The notes under the pieces were generated by a model that was not told the DNA's origin, ran no database searches, and saw only the letters and a program-made list of their open reading frames with translations. 64,000 nucleotides of DNA from Eledone cirrhosa (taxonomy: Eukaryota): contig OZ024741.1 of assembly GCA_964016885.1 (NCBI GenBank), forward strand, positions 27,156,001 through 27,220,000. Reading direction: 5' to 3'. Of the stretch, positions 1-11,884 are shown one piece after another; position 1 is the stretch's first letter, and each line of letters starts with the position of its first letter. Both the position numbers and the translations under genes were made by a program.

Positions 1-136
1 TAGAAATCAAGCCAAATCAGTTCCTGTATGAGCAAGGCATGGTAAGCCGACCAGACACTGCCCACAACAGGACAACCCGTCTAACCCATGCTAGCGTGGA
101 AGAACGGACGTAAAACGGTGATGATGATGATGATGA
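1..136 (+). mobile_element. 3' end of RTE LINE family B with (GAT)n tail
   Basis: Near-identical to 57149-57293: CCATGCTAGCGTGG stem-loop, GGACGTAAAACG, then (GAT)n abutting (TA)n. Confidence 0.85.
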
Positions 137-159
137 TATATATATAATTATATATTTGT

Positions 160-565
160 GTACATATTTTCAACAGTAATACTATACTATATATTTTCAA
201 CAGTAAAACTGTACTACATATTTTCAACAGTAATACTATACTATATATTTTCAACAGTAAAACTGTACTACATATTTTCAACAGTAATACTATACTATAT
301 ATTTTCAACAGTAATACTATACTATATGTTTTCAACAGTAATACTATACTATATATTTTCAACAGTAATACTATACTATATGTTTTCAACAGTAATACTA
401 TACTATATATTTTCAACAGTAATACTATACTATATGTTTTCAACAGTAATACTATACTATATGTTTTCAACAGTAATACTATACTATATATTTTCAACAG
501 TCATACTATACTGTGTTTTCAACAGTCATACTATACTATATATTTTCAACACTAATACTATACTA
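160..565. repeat. 27-bp minisatellite (TTTTCAACAGTAATACTATACTATATA)
   Basis: About 15 direct tandem copies; explains the spurious IFSTVILYY ORFs. Confidence 0.95.
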
Positions 566-685
566 CACAGACAGCTTATCGTCTGTTTATCCAAGCGAAG
601 CTAGATACGTCAGCTATATATATATATATATGGATGATGTAGAATACGCCAATGGTAGCCAGGCGCCAGCCGGACAGGCCAGCTA

Positions 686-733
<48 letters not shown>

Positions 734-891
734 TCATCATCATCATTTTACGTCCATTTTTCCTGCTTGCAAGAGTGGGACATATATATATATAGTGTAG
801 ATAGTATGGTGAGTTACTGGCGGAATAGGGATGTCTTTCAAGTCAATACACAAATATTTTTCATATGTGAACAAAACTTCCTCATTTTTTC

Positions 892-943
<52 letters not shown>

Positions 944-957
944 ATATAAATATATAT

Positions 958-2860
958 CATCATCATCATCATCCTTGTTTAATGACCACTTTCCACGCTA
1001 GCATGGGTTAGATGGGAGTTGTCCCACTTGAGGCACGGTTCGTCGGGTGACCATGTCTCGCTCATATAGGACTATCTGGCAGGCTTTCTACGGCTGGATG
1101 CCCTTCCTAACACCAACCACATTTACAGTGTGGAACTGGGAACTTTTTTACCGTGTTACCTACACAGCCACATTACACCGTGGACTGTGTTTTTTTCTCG
1201 TGACACCTACACGATCTCGATCTCATTTATCTCATTTATTTGGACTGGATGTTGTGGTACCAACTTTATAGAGAGGGTGTGGTGTTGGTGGGAGTGGGAG
1301 GATAGGGTAGGGGTAGTGGATTGGGGGTGTATATTTGGTTAAGAGGAGCCTACTGACTGTAGGTTTCACTTTGTACATAGGCAAGGCGGGTCTTCAGTAT
1401 TACTGCGTAGCGCCAAAGATCTCGGTCCAGTGACATTGTCTTAGAGAGGTGTAAGTGTGTAAGGTCGTAATTTATCAGAACGTCCCAGGATTTTCTGGGT
1501 CTACCTACTCCGTCACTTCCATCAATTTTGATCGCCCTGCACTTTTTTATACAGCTGTCGTCTTTCATGCGCATCATGTGGCCATGCCAACGTAGTCTTC
1601 TCTCGAGTAAACAGCATCTGATCCCTCTTATTCCTAATTTCTCACTTAGTTCATTTATGCTTTGCCGTTCATGTATATTACTATTACACATCCAACGGAG
1701 CATGCATGCTTCGTTCCTTTCCAGTCTACGCAGGTCCTCTGCACAGAATGCCCATGTCTCACTGTCATGTAGCATTGCTGTTTGTATACAGGCATCATAC
1801 AATCTGTCTTTCATTTTCAGAGAGAAACCTTTTGCGGCCAACACTGGTATAAGCTCTCTGAACTTTTTCCATCCCGTTCTGGCTCTGGCTACTGTACTTT
1901 CAGAACACCCTCCACCACTGTCGGTTTCGTCACCTAGGTAACGGAAAGTGTGTACTATTTCTATAGAACCATCTGGGCAATCGAAGGGGCTAGTATCCTG
2001 TTGACACTTGCTGCCTATTGCACCTGAGCATTGGCCACATATAAAGTCTACGTTCTTAGATAGTTTACCTGTGATCACATTACATCTTTTATGTACCCAT
2101 ACTTTGCATTTGGGACATAAAATTGAATTTCCGCCTACTCCTTTCCTACACACTGAGCAAGGCCATTTCCCTGAGGGTACCTGTGCCTTATTTTCCTTTC
2201 TACAAACTAGGACTTTAGTCTTAGACAAGTTAACTTTAAGGCCTTTTGATTCTAGGCCATGCTTCCATGTTTGGAATTTCTTTTCTAGTTCAGCCATTGA
2301 TTCAGCTATGAGCGTTAGATCATCTGCGTATAGGAGTTCCCATGGGTAGCCGGTCTTGAACTCCTCTGTTATAGCCTGAAGGGCAATAATAAATAGGAGG
2401 GGGCTAAGGACAGAGCTTTGGTGAACACCAACTTTTACACTAAATTCTTTACAATATTCATTGTTAATTCTAACCTTACTGACTGTATAGCCCTCACTTA
2501 ATTCTAACCTTACTAGCTTGTATAGCCCTCACAAGCCATTCATCTACACCTAATTTTCTAAGAGCCCACCAGATAATGGAGCGGGGGACTCTGTCAAAGA
2601 CTTTCTCCAGGTCTACAAAAGCTAAGTAGAGGGGTTTACTTTTAGCTAGGTACTTCTCTTGTAGTTGTCGTACAAGGAAAAGAGCGTCTGTGGTACTTTT
2701 ACCTGACACAAACCCAAACTGCATTTCATCTAGATCAATTCTGTCTCTGATTAGTTGCGCTATAACTCTTTCTGTGACCTTCAAGACCTGGTCAATTAAC
2801 TTAATGCCTCTATAGTTTCTAGAGCATCTCCTTTACCCTTGTAGCAGTTAATGATGATGC
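958..2860 (-). mobile_element. 5'-truncated, degenerate RTE LINE, family A
   Basis: ORF pieces 2494-2784 (QFGF, AFVDLEK.FDRV) and 1350-2297 (FRYLG, RRLRWHGH, GRPRKSW), 3' UTR, (CAT)n tail on + strand, and both ends in (TA)n. Confidence 0.95.
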
Positions 2861-2900
2861 TATATATATATATATATATATACACATATATATATATTTA

Positions 2901-3264
2901 TATAACAACTAGAAATTGATTAACATATAAATAAACATATGAAACAGTCACAGGGGATAATTTTTACAAGTGTGTAAGCACACATAGCTAGGTAGGTAAC
3001 TAAATAAAGTTAACTAGAACTTCAAAAATAGATACCTTATAATATGATTAATCTTCCCTGTATATATTCCATTAAAGAAATATATTTCTTTAATGGAATA
3101 TATACAGGGAAGATTAATCATATTATACGGTATCTATTTTTGAAGTTCTAGTTAACTTTATTTAGTTACCTACCTAGCTATGTGTGCTTACACACTTGTA
3201 AAAATTATCCCCTGTGACTGTTTCATATGTTTATTTATATGTTAATCAATTTCTAGTTGTTATA
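2901..3264. repeat. Spacerless 364-bp palindrome
   Basis: Arms 2901-3082 and 3083-3264 are reverse complements with one visible mismatch; centre is GAAATA|TATTTC. Confidence 0.95.
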
Positions 3265-3525
3265 AAATGCTTGGACCTATTCATTAGCATCTTGGAGCTT
3301 ATTTTACAGGTGATACGGCGCATGCCTTTCTGGCATGACACCCATAATTTTGATTTAGATTAAATTCACTTTGAGATATATATATATTTATATATGCAAA
3401 GTTTTATTTAAATTGTTGGGTTACAACGAGTAAATATTTATAACTGATATAAAAGCACTCAGCAAGTATTTGGAGTATATTTACGATATTAAATAAATGG
3501 AAACTATATTTATAAAACCATATTT

Positions 3526-3589
3526 ATTTCATTATATATATTTCAGGGATATCATATTAAAAATATGGTATGCCTTCTTCAGACAAAAT
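3526..3589 (-). ncRNA. Type I hammerhead ribozyme motif
   Basis: Minus strand reads attttgt CTGAAGA aggcataccatat-tttta-atatgatatccct GAAA tatata TA atgaaat; stems I, II and palindromic III pair. Confidence 0.75.
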
Positions 3590-3796
3590 ACAATATAAAC
3601 AGTCTTATAAATAGATAGATTTGACATACCTTACAACTTCAACTTCCATTTAAAAAGTTGATTTGGTAGTCAAATCAGAAGAGATATTTATGTAGAAGAG
3701 ATATTTAATTTGTTGGAAATCCAACAAATATAGATTTCTGGAGTAAGTATTCAATGATATTAAATAAATGGAAACTATATTTATAAAACCAAATTT

Positions 3797-3856
3797 ATTC
3801 TATTATATATATTTCAAGGGTACCAACAATTTTGGTACGCTATCATCAGATAAAAT
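3797..3856 (-). ncRNA. Type I hammerhead ribozyme motif (U10.1/U11.1 variant)
   Basis: Minus strand reads attttat CTGATGA t-agcgtaccaa-aattg-ttggtaccct-t GAAA tatata TA atagaat. Confidence 0.75.
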
Positions 3857-4767
3857 AAAATGTTTTATAAATATTTGACATGACCAAGGATAATATACCT
3901 TAACGGTTTAAGTTATCCCTGGAAAGTGAAGGGAAGAAAGAAGAAAAGTCGGATATTTAAAATTATTAATATGTGTTTGCAAATGATGTTTATATTAAAG
4001 GGCTGAAAAAACGTTATTTTAGACGCTATGGAAAATTTAAATATTTATGATAAGGAAGAGAAAGAGAAAAAGAAAAAGAGAAAGAGAAAAGAATAACGTT
4101 CATTTGGGGGAAAAGATTTTTGTTACCTATATTATGAGTTATAAAATTATATGAAGAATTATGTTTGTAAGTATTTTTATTTTATTACATTAGGATAGGT
4201 TATATGTATATAAATATCTCTATATATATTAATAAATTGCGTATGCATTGATTGTTTATATAAACTAATATGAGTTACGAAAGATGTTGAAATTTTATTT
4301 TCAATTTGTGAGATTAGAATAATTTGTGGATTCAAAAATTTTCAACATTGAGAATGTTTTGACAATATTGTTAATTTAACGAAGCTATATAAATTATCAA
4401 ACTAAAATTGTTAAAGAAGAAGGAAAAGGAAGACCACTTAAACGTTAACTTAGGGGAAATATATTTAGACATTTATCTATATTTATATGGAGAATTATTT
4501 ATCTTATTATAATAATATATAAATATCTATATATATTTTAATAATAGCATATGTATTTTTTTGTTAAAAGGATAGTTTGTTTATAATATGAGTTACGAGG
4601 GATGTTGATTTATAAATAAAAAAAATAATAAATAGATGTTTGTTCCTAATATAAGTTACTAGGGATTTATTAATATATATATAGATATTTATATACATAT
4701 AACCTATCCTAATGTAATAAGATAAAAATACTTACAACCATAATTCTTCATATAATTTTATAACTCA

Positions 4768-5675
4768 CTAGCAGTGGTACCCGGCGTTGCACGGGATAAG
4801 GTATTTTGGAAGGCGGGCCGCCAACAGACCTAATCGTGGAAAGACTGCATGCCTGGACAATATGTAAAGAAAATAAACCGAATACTCTGATGGCTGGATA
4901 ATCTTTAAGATTTTCCTCGATGAAGCAGGAAAAATGCAGGTTTTCACCTAATGCGGGCCCTAGGGGATCAAGAAAATGAATTTTTTTTATGTGCATAATA
5001 TGCCTTGAAATTTTCGGGAAAATCGGCTAAACGTAACGCCTCCAAAAAGCCCTAAAAAGCTGAAAAAATGAAGTTTTTCACCTAATACGGGCCCATAAAA
5101 AAGTTGAATTTTTTTCTCACGGTATGAAGAAGAGACTGACTAATACATAGTTACAATTTCAAGGAAATCGGTCTGACGTAACGCCTCAAAAAACCCATAA
5201 AAAGCTTTAAAAACGCAGTTTTTCACCTAATGCGGGCCCTAGGAAATCAAAAAGTTGCATAACACTCTCTGAAACATAAGTAATACACATATAAAGTTTG
5301 AAAAAAATCGGTTGGGTACTTCTCGAGTTTTAGGGATTCAAACTCACAGACACATACACACAGAGAGACAGACATTCTCAGGGAAGTGATGTAATGCAGA
5401 CAGCCAGACATACAGACAGATATTATAAAGGCGCGACGTTATATGTATGTATCTATCTAAAAAGAGAAAGACTAAGAATTATAGAGCGAGATCGCTAAAT
5501 CGCCTAATGCGGTCCCTAGGGCATTGAAAATTTGAAATTTCTTTTGCTCAGAACACTCCCTGAAACAAGTATTACGTGTGTAAAGCTTGAAAACAGTCGG
5601 TTGGGTGGTTCTCGAGATTTAGGGATTCAAACCCACACACACACAGACAGACATCCTCAGTTTGATATATATAGA
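4768..5675 (-). mobile_element. Non-autonomous Helitron-like element
   Basis: Minus strand starts TCTATATATA..., has (GTCT)/(GT) repeats, a subterminal hairpin CCCGTGCAACGCCGGG and a CTAG end. It is inserted between A and T with no TSD, as shown by the intact other IR arm. Homologous to 14843-16469. Confidence 0.85.
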
Positions 5676-5914
5676 TAATATAGGTAACTAAATCTTTTCC
5701 CCAAAACTTCCTTCCTTATCATAAATATTTAAATTTTCCATAGCGTCTAAAATAACGTTTTTTCAGCCCTTTAATATAAACATCATTTGCAAACTCATAT
5801 TAATAATTTTAAATATCTGACTTTTCTTCTCTCTTCCCTTCAGTTTCCAGGGATAACTTGAACCGTTAAGGTATATCATCCTTGGTCATGTCAAATGTTT
5901 ATAAAACATTTTAT

Positions 5915-5971
5915 ATTTTATCTGATGATAGCGTACCAACATTTTTGGTACCCTTGAAATATATATATATA
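5915..5971 (+). ncRNA. Hammerhead motif truncated at its (TA)n cleavage loop
   Basis: attttat CTGATGA tagcgtaccaa-cattt-ttggtaccctt GAAA (ta)n, then a Helitron CTAG end instead of the stem I 3' strand. Confidence 0.65.
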
Positions 5972-6129
5972 CTAGCAGAATGGCCCAGCGTTGCTCGGGA
6001 TTTGCTCTAGGGTTCTTATATATTTTATATATATTTATCCTTATCGAGCCTCGTGAAATAAATACGTTTGTTTATTTTTTGTTATTGTGTATGCAAAAAT
6101 ATATGTACACGAATATATAATTATATATA

Positions 6130-6201
<72 letters not shown>

Positions 6202-6314
6202 TAACAGATTAAAGTTTAAGCAAAGAATCGCCTCTTTCACCCCTAACGGGATCTTCTGAAACTAAAGAAAATCAATCTGTGAACGCAGAAGTAAATATTT
6301 CGAAAAACGTTATA

Positions 6315-6360
<46 letters not shown>

Positions 6361-6655
6361 CATATACATACATATAAATACACACACACAGATAGCGACA
6401 CCATAATGTAATGCAGATAGACAGACATACAGACAGATATTATAAGGGTGCAATGTTATATCTATGTATCTATCTAAAAAGAAAGATTAAGAATTATAGA
6501 GAGAGAGATCGCTTAATGCGGTCCCTAGGGCATTGAAAATTTGAAATTTGCTCAAAACACTCACAGGACCATAAGTATTACATGTGAAAAGTTTGAAAAC
6601 AATTGGTTGGGTGGTTGTCGAGTTTTAGGGAGTCAGACAGACATTCTCTGTTTTA
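5972..6655 (-). mobile_element. Degenerate Helitron-like element with nested insertions
   Basis: CTAG plus hairpin (CCCAGCGTTGCTCGGG) at 5972-6000; 6405-6655 homologous to 5388-5660. Confidence 0.65.
6213..6263 (-). ncRNA. Hammerhead-like motif, CAGAAGA variant
   Basis: agttt CAGAAGA tcccgttaggggt GAAA gaggcgattctttgc TT aaact; homologous to 32334-32385. Confidence 0.45.
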
Positions 6656-6989
6656 CATCCCTCTCACACTCTCAGTCTCTGCTACCACCAACAATATGTA
6701 GAGTATCCTTCAGATACTAAAACACGTGGTACCCTGTAGATATATAAACAGTGCTATTATCTCTGAGAAAAACAGCAACAAAGGTCTGAAGCCTATCACT
6801 CAGTAAGGTCCTTCTCTCCAAGAAGCCACCACCAGTTCTGTTACAGTTCCACCATTATCTCCAGTTGTCATTCTTCTAACAATTAGAATTAGCTGTTGAA
6901 AATGTCTGATTAACTTCACACTTACTTCACTTTCCAAGTGATCACTTAGTCTTTATTGTTTCTCTCATTGCATGCAACTATTATTGTTA

Positions 6990-7317
6990 TTGTCATCATC
7001 ATCATCACCATCATCATCACAATCATCATCACCATCATCATCACCACTACCATCATCACCACCACCATCATCACCATCATCAGCACCACCATCATCACCA
7101 TCATCATCATCATCACCACCATCATCACCATCATCATCATCATCACCATCATCACCACCATCATCACCACCACCACCACCATCATCACCATCATCATCAT
7201 CACCACCACCACCATCATCACCATCATCACCACCACCACCATCATCACCGTCATCATCACCACCACCATCATCACCACTATCATCACAACCACCACCACC
7301 ACCATCATCATCATCAA
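6990..7317. repeat. (CAT/CAC)n trinucleotide tract
   Basis: Directly visible. Confidence 0.95.
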
Positions 7318-7859
7318 GGGTAGTTAAATTGACAGAATCATTAGTGTTGATAAAATACCTTGTGGTATTTACTTCCTGGTGTTGGTATAATCAACATCAC
7401 CTGCCCCCCCCCCCCCTTAATTGTTGCCTTTGTGCCTAAATTAGAAATCCTTGTTAGTTTCATGTGAGTTTCTACAGCATCACATGATGGACCTCCATGT
7501 TCCTGGGATGTGTACCACATTGTGTGGTGACAGATCACATGATGGACCTCCATGTTCCTGGGATGTGTACCACATTGTGTGGTGGCAGAGGGGAGACTCT
7601 TAATGTATCACATGCATCTTGTTTTATTATGGAGGTTTATTGTGTTATATAAGTGTTTGTTCTGTTGTATACAGTGTGTTTAGTGTTAGTTGTAGTGTTT
7701 TGCTGAAGAGAACAACATGCTACCCATCCCAGGAATCGAACCCACAACATTATGATTGTAAGTCCAACACTCTTACCACTAGGCCACATGTCTCCACATC
7801 TGGATATAAAGTTTTGTTTACAATTTTACAAATGCTCAATATGCCCTCCCCGAGACACA

Positions 7860-8870
7860 TGACATCTACATGACAAACTCATCCCATTTTAAAGTGTGTC
7901 TGGTGATTATTTTTGATACACTCTGTATTTGGTGATTATTGTGTAAAGATTGTGTTGAGTTGTGTTATTGAATCAATAATGTCTTGTGTAGGATGTGGGC
8001 TGTTCTTAGCAGAACTATTTTGGGAATGGTCTGTAGTGTTGGGAAACTTGGTATGGCTTCTTTCTTTTTATAGCATACCAAGTGCTCCATCTATTTTTGG
8101 TAATTTTTACCTTCATGTCTCACATTTTGTATATTTTAACATCAAGATCTTTGTAGTCTGACAGTTCCTCCACTTCTTGTCATGTAATATTTTGGCCTGA
8201 AGAGATTACAATGTCGATCAGTGGACATGTGTTTTTTGCTTGGTTGTTCCTCCCACCAGTGTCCGATAGTTTGTCTTGATGTTATTGTCAATTTAGATGG
8301 ACATATTCCAGATTTTTATGACCAGGTCACTGTCATGTATCACGTTTGGTACATTCTTGTCCATTTTTGCATCAAAGTATTGATATTTTGCCCAGTGAAT
8401 CTAACTGTCAACATGATCATGCCTTCAGATATACAAGGACTGTGTAGCAGGAGATGATGTCAATAATCTCACTGTGCTTATTGTATATTCTGCATTTAGT
8501 GTTAGGATCTATTTTCATTATTTTATTCTTATAATTGTTTGTGACTCCAAACAAGATGATTAGATAACATCCATGAGCTTGGCTGGTCTTTCTTGAGGAT
8601 CCAGCTACATCAGTTGGAAACAGTTGCTTCTGACATGACCCACTGGAAGGAGTGTTTGAGGTCTCTGCCTCCATGACCCTCTTACAAATAAGCAGGTGAA
8701 GAAGAGTAGAAGAAGAAGAATTATTTGTGTTGAGACATTAGTCTATGTAGTGGGAGACAGTTCTTCTGATTTTAGTTCAGAGTTTTTAAGCCATTGTTGA
8801 CATTCACTGTCTTACTTCTCTGTCAAGTATTGCTGGGTATTGGCTGTAGAGTAGTTTTTTCTTGTTTTAT
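7860..8870 (-). mobile_element. Highly degenerate R4/Dong-like (restriction-like endonuclease) non-LTR retrotransposon C-terminal remnant
   Basis: Minus-strand fragment KIDPNTKCRIYNKHSEIIDIISCYTVL resembles the CxxC...ET.DH..S.C knuckle, followed downstream by IDIVI-like and GALGM motifs typical of RLE elements; many frameshifts. Confidence 0.55.
8568..8720 (+). mobile_element. 3' end of a third RTE-like family with (GAA)n tail
   Basis: Similar to 60800-60940 (CTGGAAGGAGTGTTTGAGG...CCATGACCCTCT); ends in GAAGAA repeats. Confidence 0.6.
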
Positions 8871-8881
8871 TATTATTATTA

Positions 8882-9177
8882 TGAAGGGCAGTGGATTGGC
8901 AGTAAAATAAGGTACCAGTCACGCAATGGGGTCGATTTAATCGACTTTCCCTCCTCCAAAATTGCTGGCCTTGTGCCTATATAAGAAACCATTATTATTA
9001 TTATGAAGGGCAGTGGATTGGCAGTAATGGTAGAGCACTGGATACCATGCTTCGCAGCATAGAGTTACGGCCCTTTACGTTCTGAGTACAAATCCCTCTA
9101 AAGTTAGCTTTGTCTTTCATCCTTATGGGGTCAATAAACTAAAGTACCAGTAACACACTGGGGTCGATTTATGGACT
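8882..9177 (+). mobile_element. Two adjacent tRNA-derived SINE copies (Nin/Deu-like core), the first internally deleted
   Basis: GGATTGGCAGTA A-box-like head, GAGT.CAAATCC B-box, TTTCATCCTTATGGGGTC.ATAAA..AAAGTACCAG core, (ATT)n tails. Confidence 0.75.
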
Positions 9178-9589
9178 CTCTATGTGAAAGCTATGCATAA
9201 CATCAACTCCTGTATTTACAAGATATTTTATCCCTTTTTTTGCTTGTTCTAATCTTTTATTTAAGTTTTAGATTTAATAAAAGTTTAGCTAAGTCTTCCT
9301 CCAAATCACACTCTATCATCTTTAAAAAAGGGAATCTTATATTGCATAATGTACTTCTAGATACTCTATGTCTGAAACAAAATGAGATGGTCACAGATGG
9401 AATTCCTTTAAGCAAAGGACTGCTTGATTAGCAGTAACCTGGTCTAAACAAAATCAGTCTGTATTCAATACTGAAGTGAGGGTATAATGGTTAGGACAGC
9501 TGAAGGAGATTGTATGAGGTAGAAGGGAAACTGAAGGAGATTTACTATACTGACTAGAACTTGTAAAATATCATGGTGTAACCAGTGAC

Positions 9590-11005
9590 AACAACTCATC
9601 ACAATGTAATCACTGACCAGGACTCAACGCAATGTAACCACTGACCATGACTCAATACAATGTAACCACTGATCAGGACTCAACACAATATAACCACTGA
9701 CAAGGACTCAACAGTAACCACTGACCAGGACTCAACACAATGTAACCATTGACCAGGACTCAACAGTAACCACTGACCAGGACTCAACACAATGTAACCA
9801 TTGACCAGGACTCAACAGTAACCACTGACCAGGACTCAACACAATGTAACCATTGACCAGGACTTAACAGTAACCACTGACCAGGACTTAACAGTAACCA
9901 TTGACCAGGACTCAGCAGTAACCATTGACTAGACTCAGCAGTAACCACTGACCAGGACTCAACAGTAACCACTGACCAGGACTCAACAGTAACCACTGGC
10001 CAGGACTTAACAGTAACCATTGACCAGGACTCAGCAGTAACCATTGACTAGACTCAGCAGTAACCACTGACCAGGACTTAACAGTAACCACTGACCAGGA
10101 CTTAACAGTAACCACTGACCAGGACTTAACAGTAACCACTGACCAGGACTTAACAGTAACCATTGACTAGACTCAGCAGTAACCACTGACCAGGACTTAA
10201 CAGTAACCACTGACCAGGACTTAACAGTAACCACTGACCAGGACTCAGCAGTAACCATTGACTAGACTCAACAGTAACCACTGACCAGGACTTAACAGTA
10301 ACCACTGACCAGGACTTAACAGTAACCATTGACCAGGACTCAGCAGTAACCATTGACTAGACTCAGCAGTAACCACTGACCAGGACTTAACAGTAACCAC
10401 TGACCAGGACTTAACAGTAACCACTGACCAGGACTTAACAGTAACCATTGACCAGGACTCAGCAGTAACCATTGACTAGACTCAACAGTAACCACTGACC
10501 AGGACTTAACAGTAACCACTGACCAGGACTTAACAGTAACCATTGACCAGGACTCAGCAGTAACCATTGACTAGACTCAACAGTAACCACTGACCAGGAC
10601 TTAACAGTAACCACTGACCAGGACTTAACAGTAACCATTGACTAGGACTCAGCAGTAACCATTGACTAGACTCAGCAGTAACCACTGACCAGGACTTAAC
10701 AGTAACCACTGACCAGGACTTAACAGTAACCACTGACCAGGACTCAACAGTAACCACTGACCAGGACTTAACAGTAACCACTGACCAGGACTTAACAGTA
10801 ACCATTGACTAGACTCAGCAGTAACCACTGACCAGGACTCAACAGTAACCACTGACCAGGACTTAACAGTAACCATTGACCAGGACTCAGCAGTAACCAC
10901 TGACTAGACTCAGCAGTAACCACTGACTAGACTCAAGAGTAACCACTGACCTAGACTCAACTAACCACTGACCTTGACTCAGCACAGTGTAATCACTGAC
11001 CAGAA
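9590..11005. repeat. 24-bp minisatellite (CAGTAACCACTGACCAGGACTTAA) with a periodic 23-bp variant
   Basis: About 55 copies; a GACTAGACT variant recurs every 4-5 units (95/119-bp superperiods), with degenerate edges. Confidence 0.95.
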
Positions 11006-11339
11006 CTCTGTGACCATCATTTCAGTGTATTTCCTTTAATGTATCAACTCAAAGTCACACGATCTTCCTCTTTCTCTTCCCCTCCCCCCCCTCCCCCTTC
11101 CCCCTCCTCTAACCAATACGGCATCTCAGTAGTGTGACAAGATTACACCATTTTAACATAATCTCCTTAATGGAACAAAAAAATATGATTGTCTCCTGTA
11201 AAGGTCTACTTCAAGTCCAGTGACACCATAACTGCAATCCTCTTAGTGTTCACTGTGAAGGAGACTAATCTAAGCTTTAAGACATTTGACACTGATTAAT
11301 CAACACAACAGACAACAATTGTATCATAACCTCAACCGC

Positions 11340-11342
11340 TCC

Positions 11343-11408
<66 letters not shown>

Positions 11409-11448
11409 CTTTCCCTCCCTCCCTCTCTCCTTTAGCCCTCTTCTTTGT

Positions 11449-11482
<34 letters not shown>

Positions 11483-11625
11483 CTATCTCTTTCCCTCCCT
11501 CTCTCCTTTAGCCCCCTTCTCTCTCACTCTCTCTATCTATCTATCTATCTATTTCTTTCCCTCCCTCCCTCTCTCCTTTAGCCCCTTCTCTCTCTCTCTC
11601 CTCTCTCTCCCTCTCCCTCTCTCCC
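11340..11625. repeat. (CT)n/(CTAT)n compound microsatellite
   Basis: Directly visible. Confidence 0.9.
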
Positions 11626-11884
11626 ATCATAAGTGCCAATCAAACTAGATTGTTTGATTTACATTAGCTTTAATTAAAGACCTCTCATTTCACTGACAAC
11701 AACAGAATTGGTCAAGTGTGTTGTGTTACAACCTGTTGCAGTGTTTGTAAAAATCATGTTGTAGTGTTTGGACTCATCATTATTATAATTGTTATTATTA
11801 ATTAAATAAATAAATCACCATTATCATCATCATCATCATCATCATTATTATTATTGTTATTATTATTATTATTATTATATATCC

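Larger units (their letters stand above)
3804..5971. repeat. Long inverted repeat (left arm ~3804-4230; right arm ~4670-4767 plus 5676-5971) ending in hammerhead motifs, right arm interrupted by a Helitron
   Basis: 5710-5967 is the reverse complement of 3804-4057, and 4670-4767 joined to 5676-5700 matches 4105-4230. Confidence 0.85.

Noticed and set aside
575-690. Two hairpin+CTA(G) Helitron-like 3' ends
   Set aside because: Too short and without matching 5' ends to call.
4748-4996. ORF conserved between two loci (also 16193-16492)
   Set aside because: The similarity reflects two copies of one non-autonomous Helitron; no Rep/helicase motifs.
9590-11005. CRISPR-like array (also 13307-13947, 39682-40858, 57495-59090, 61348-61616)
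   Set aside because: Units are contiguous with no unique spacers, there are no cas genes, and the context is eukaryotic.
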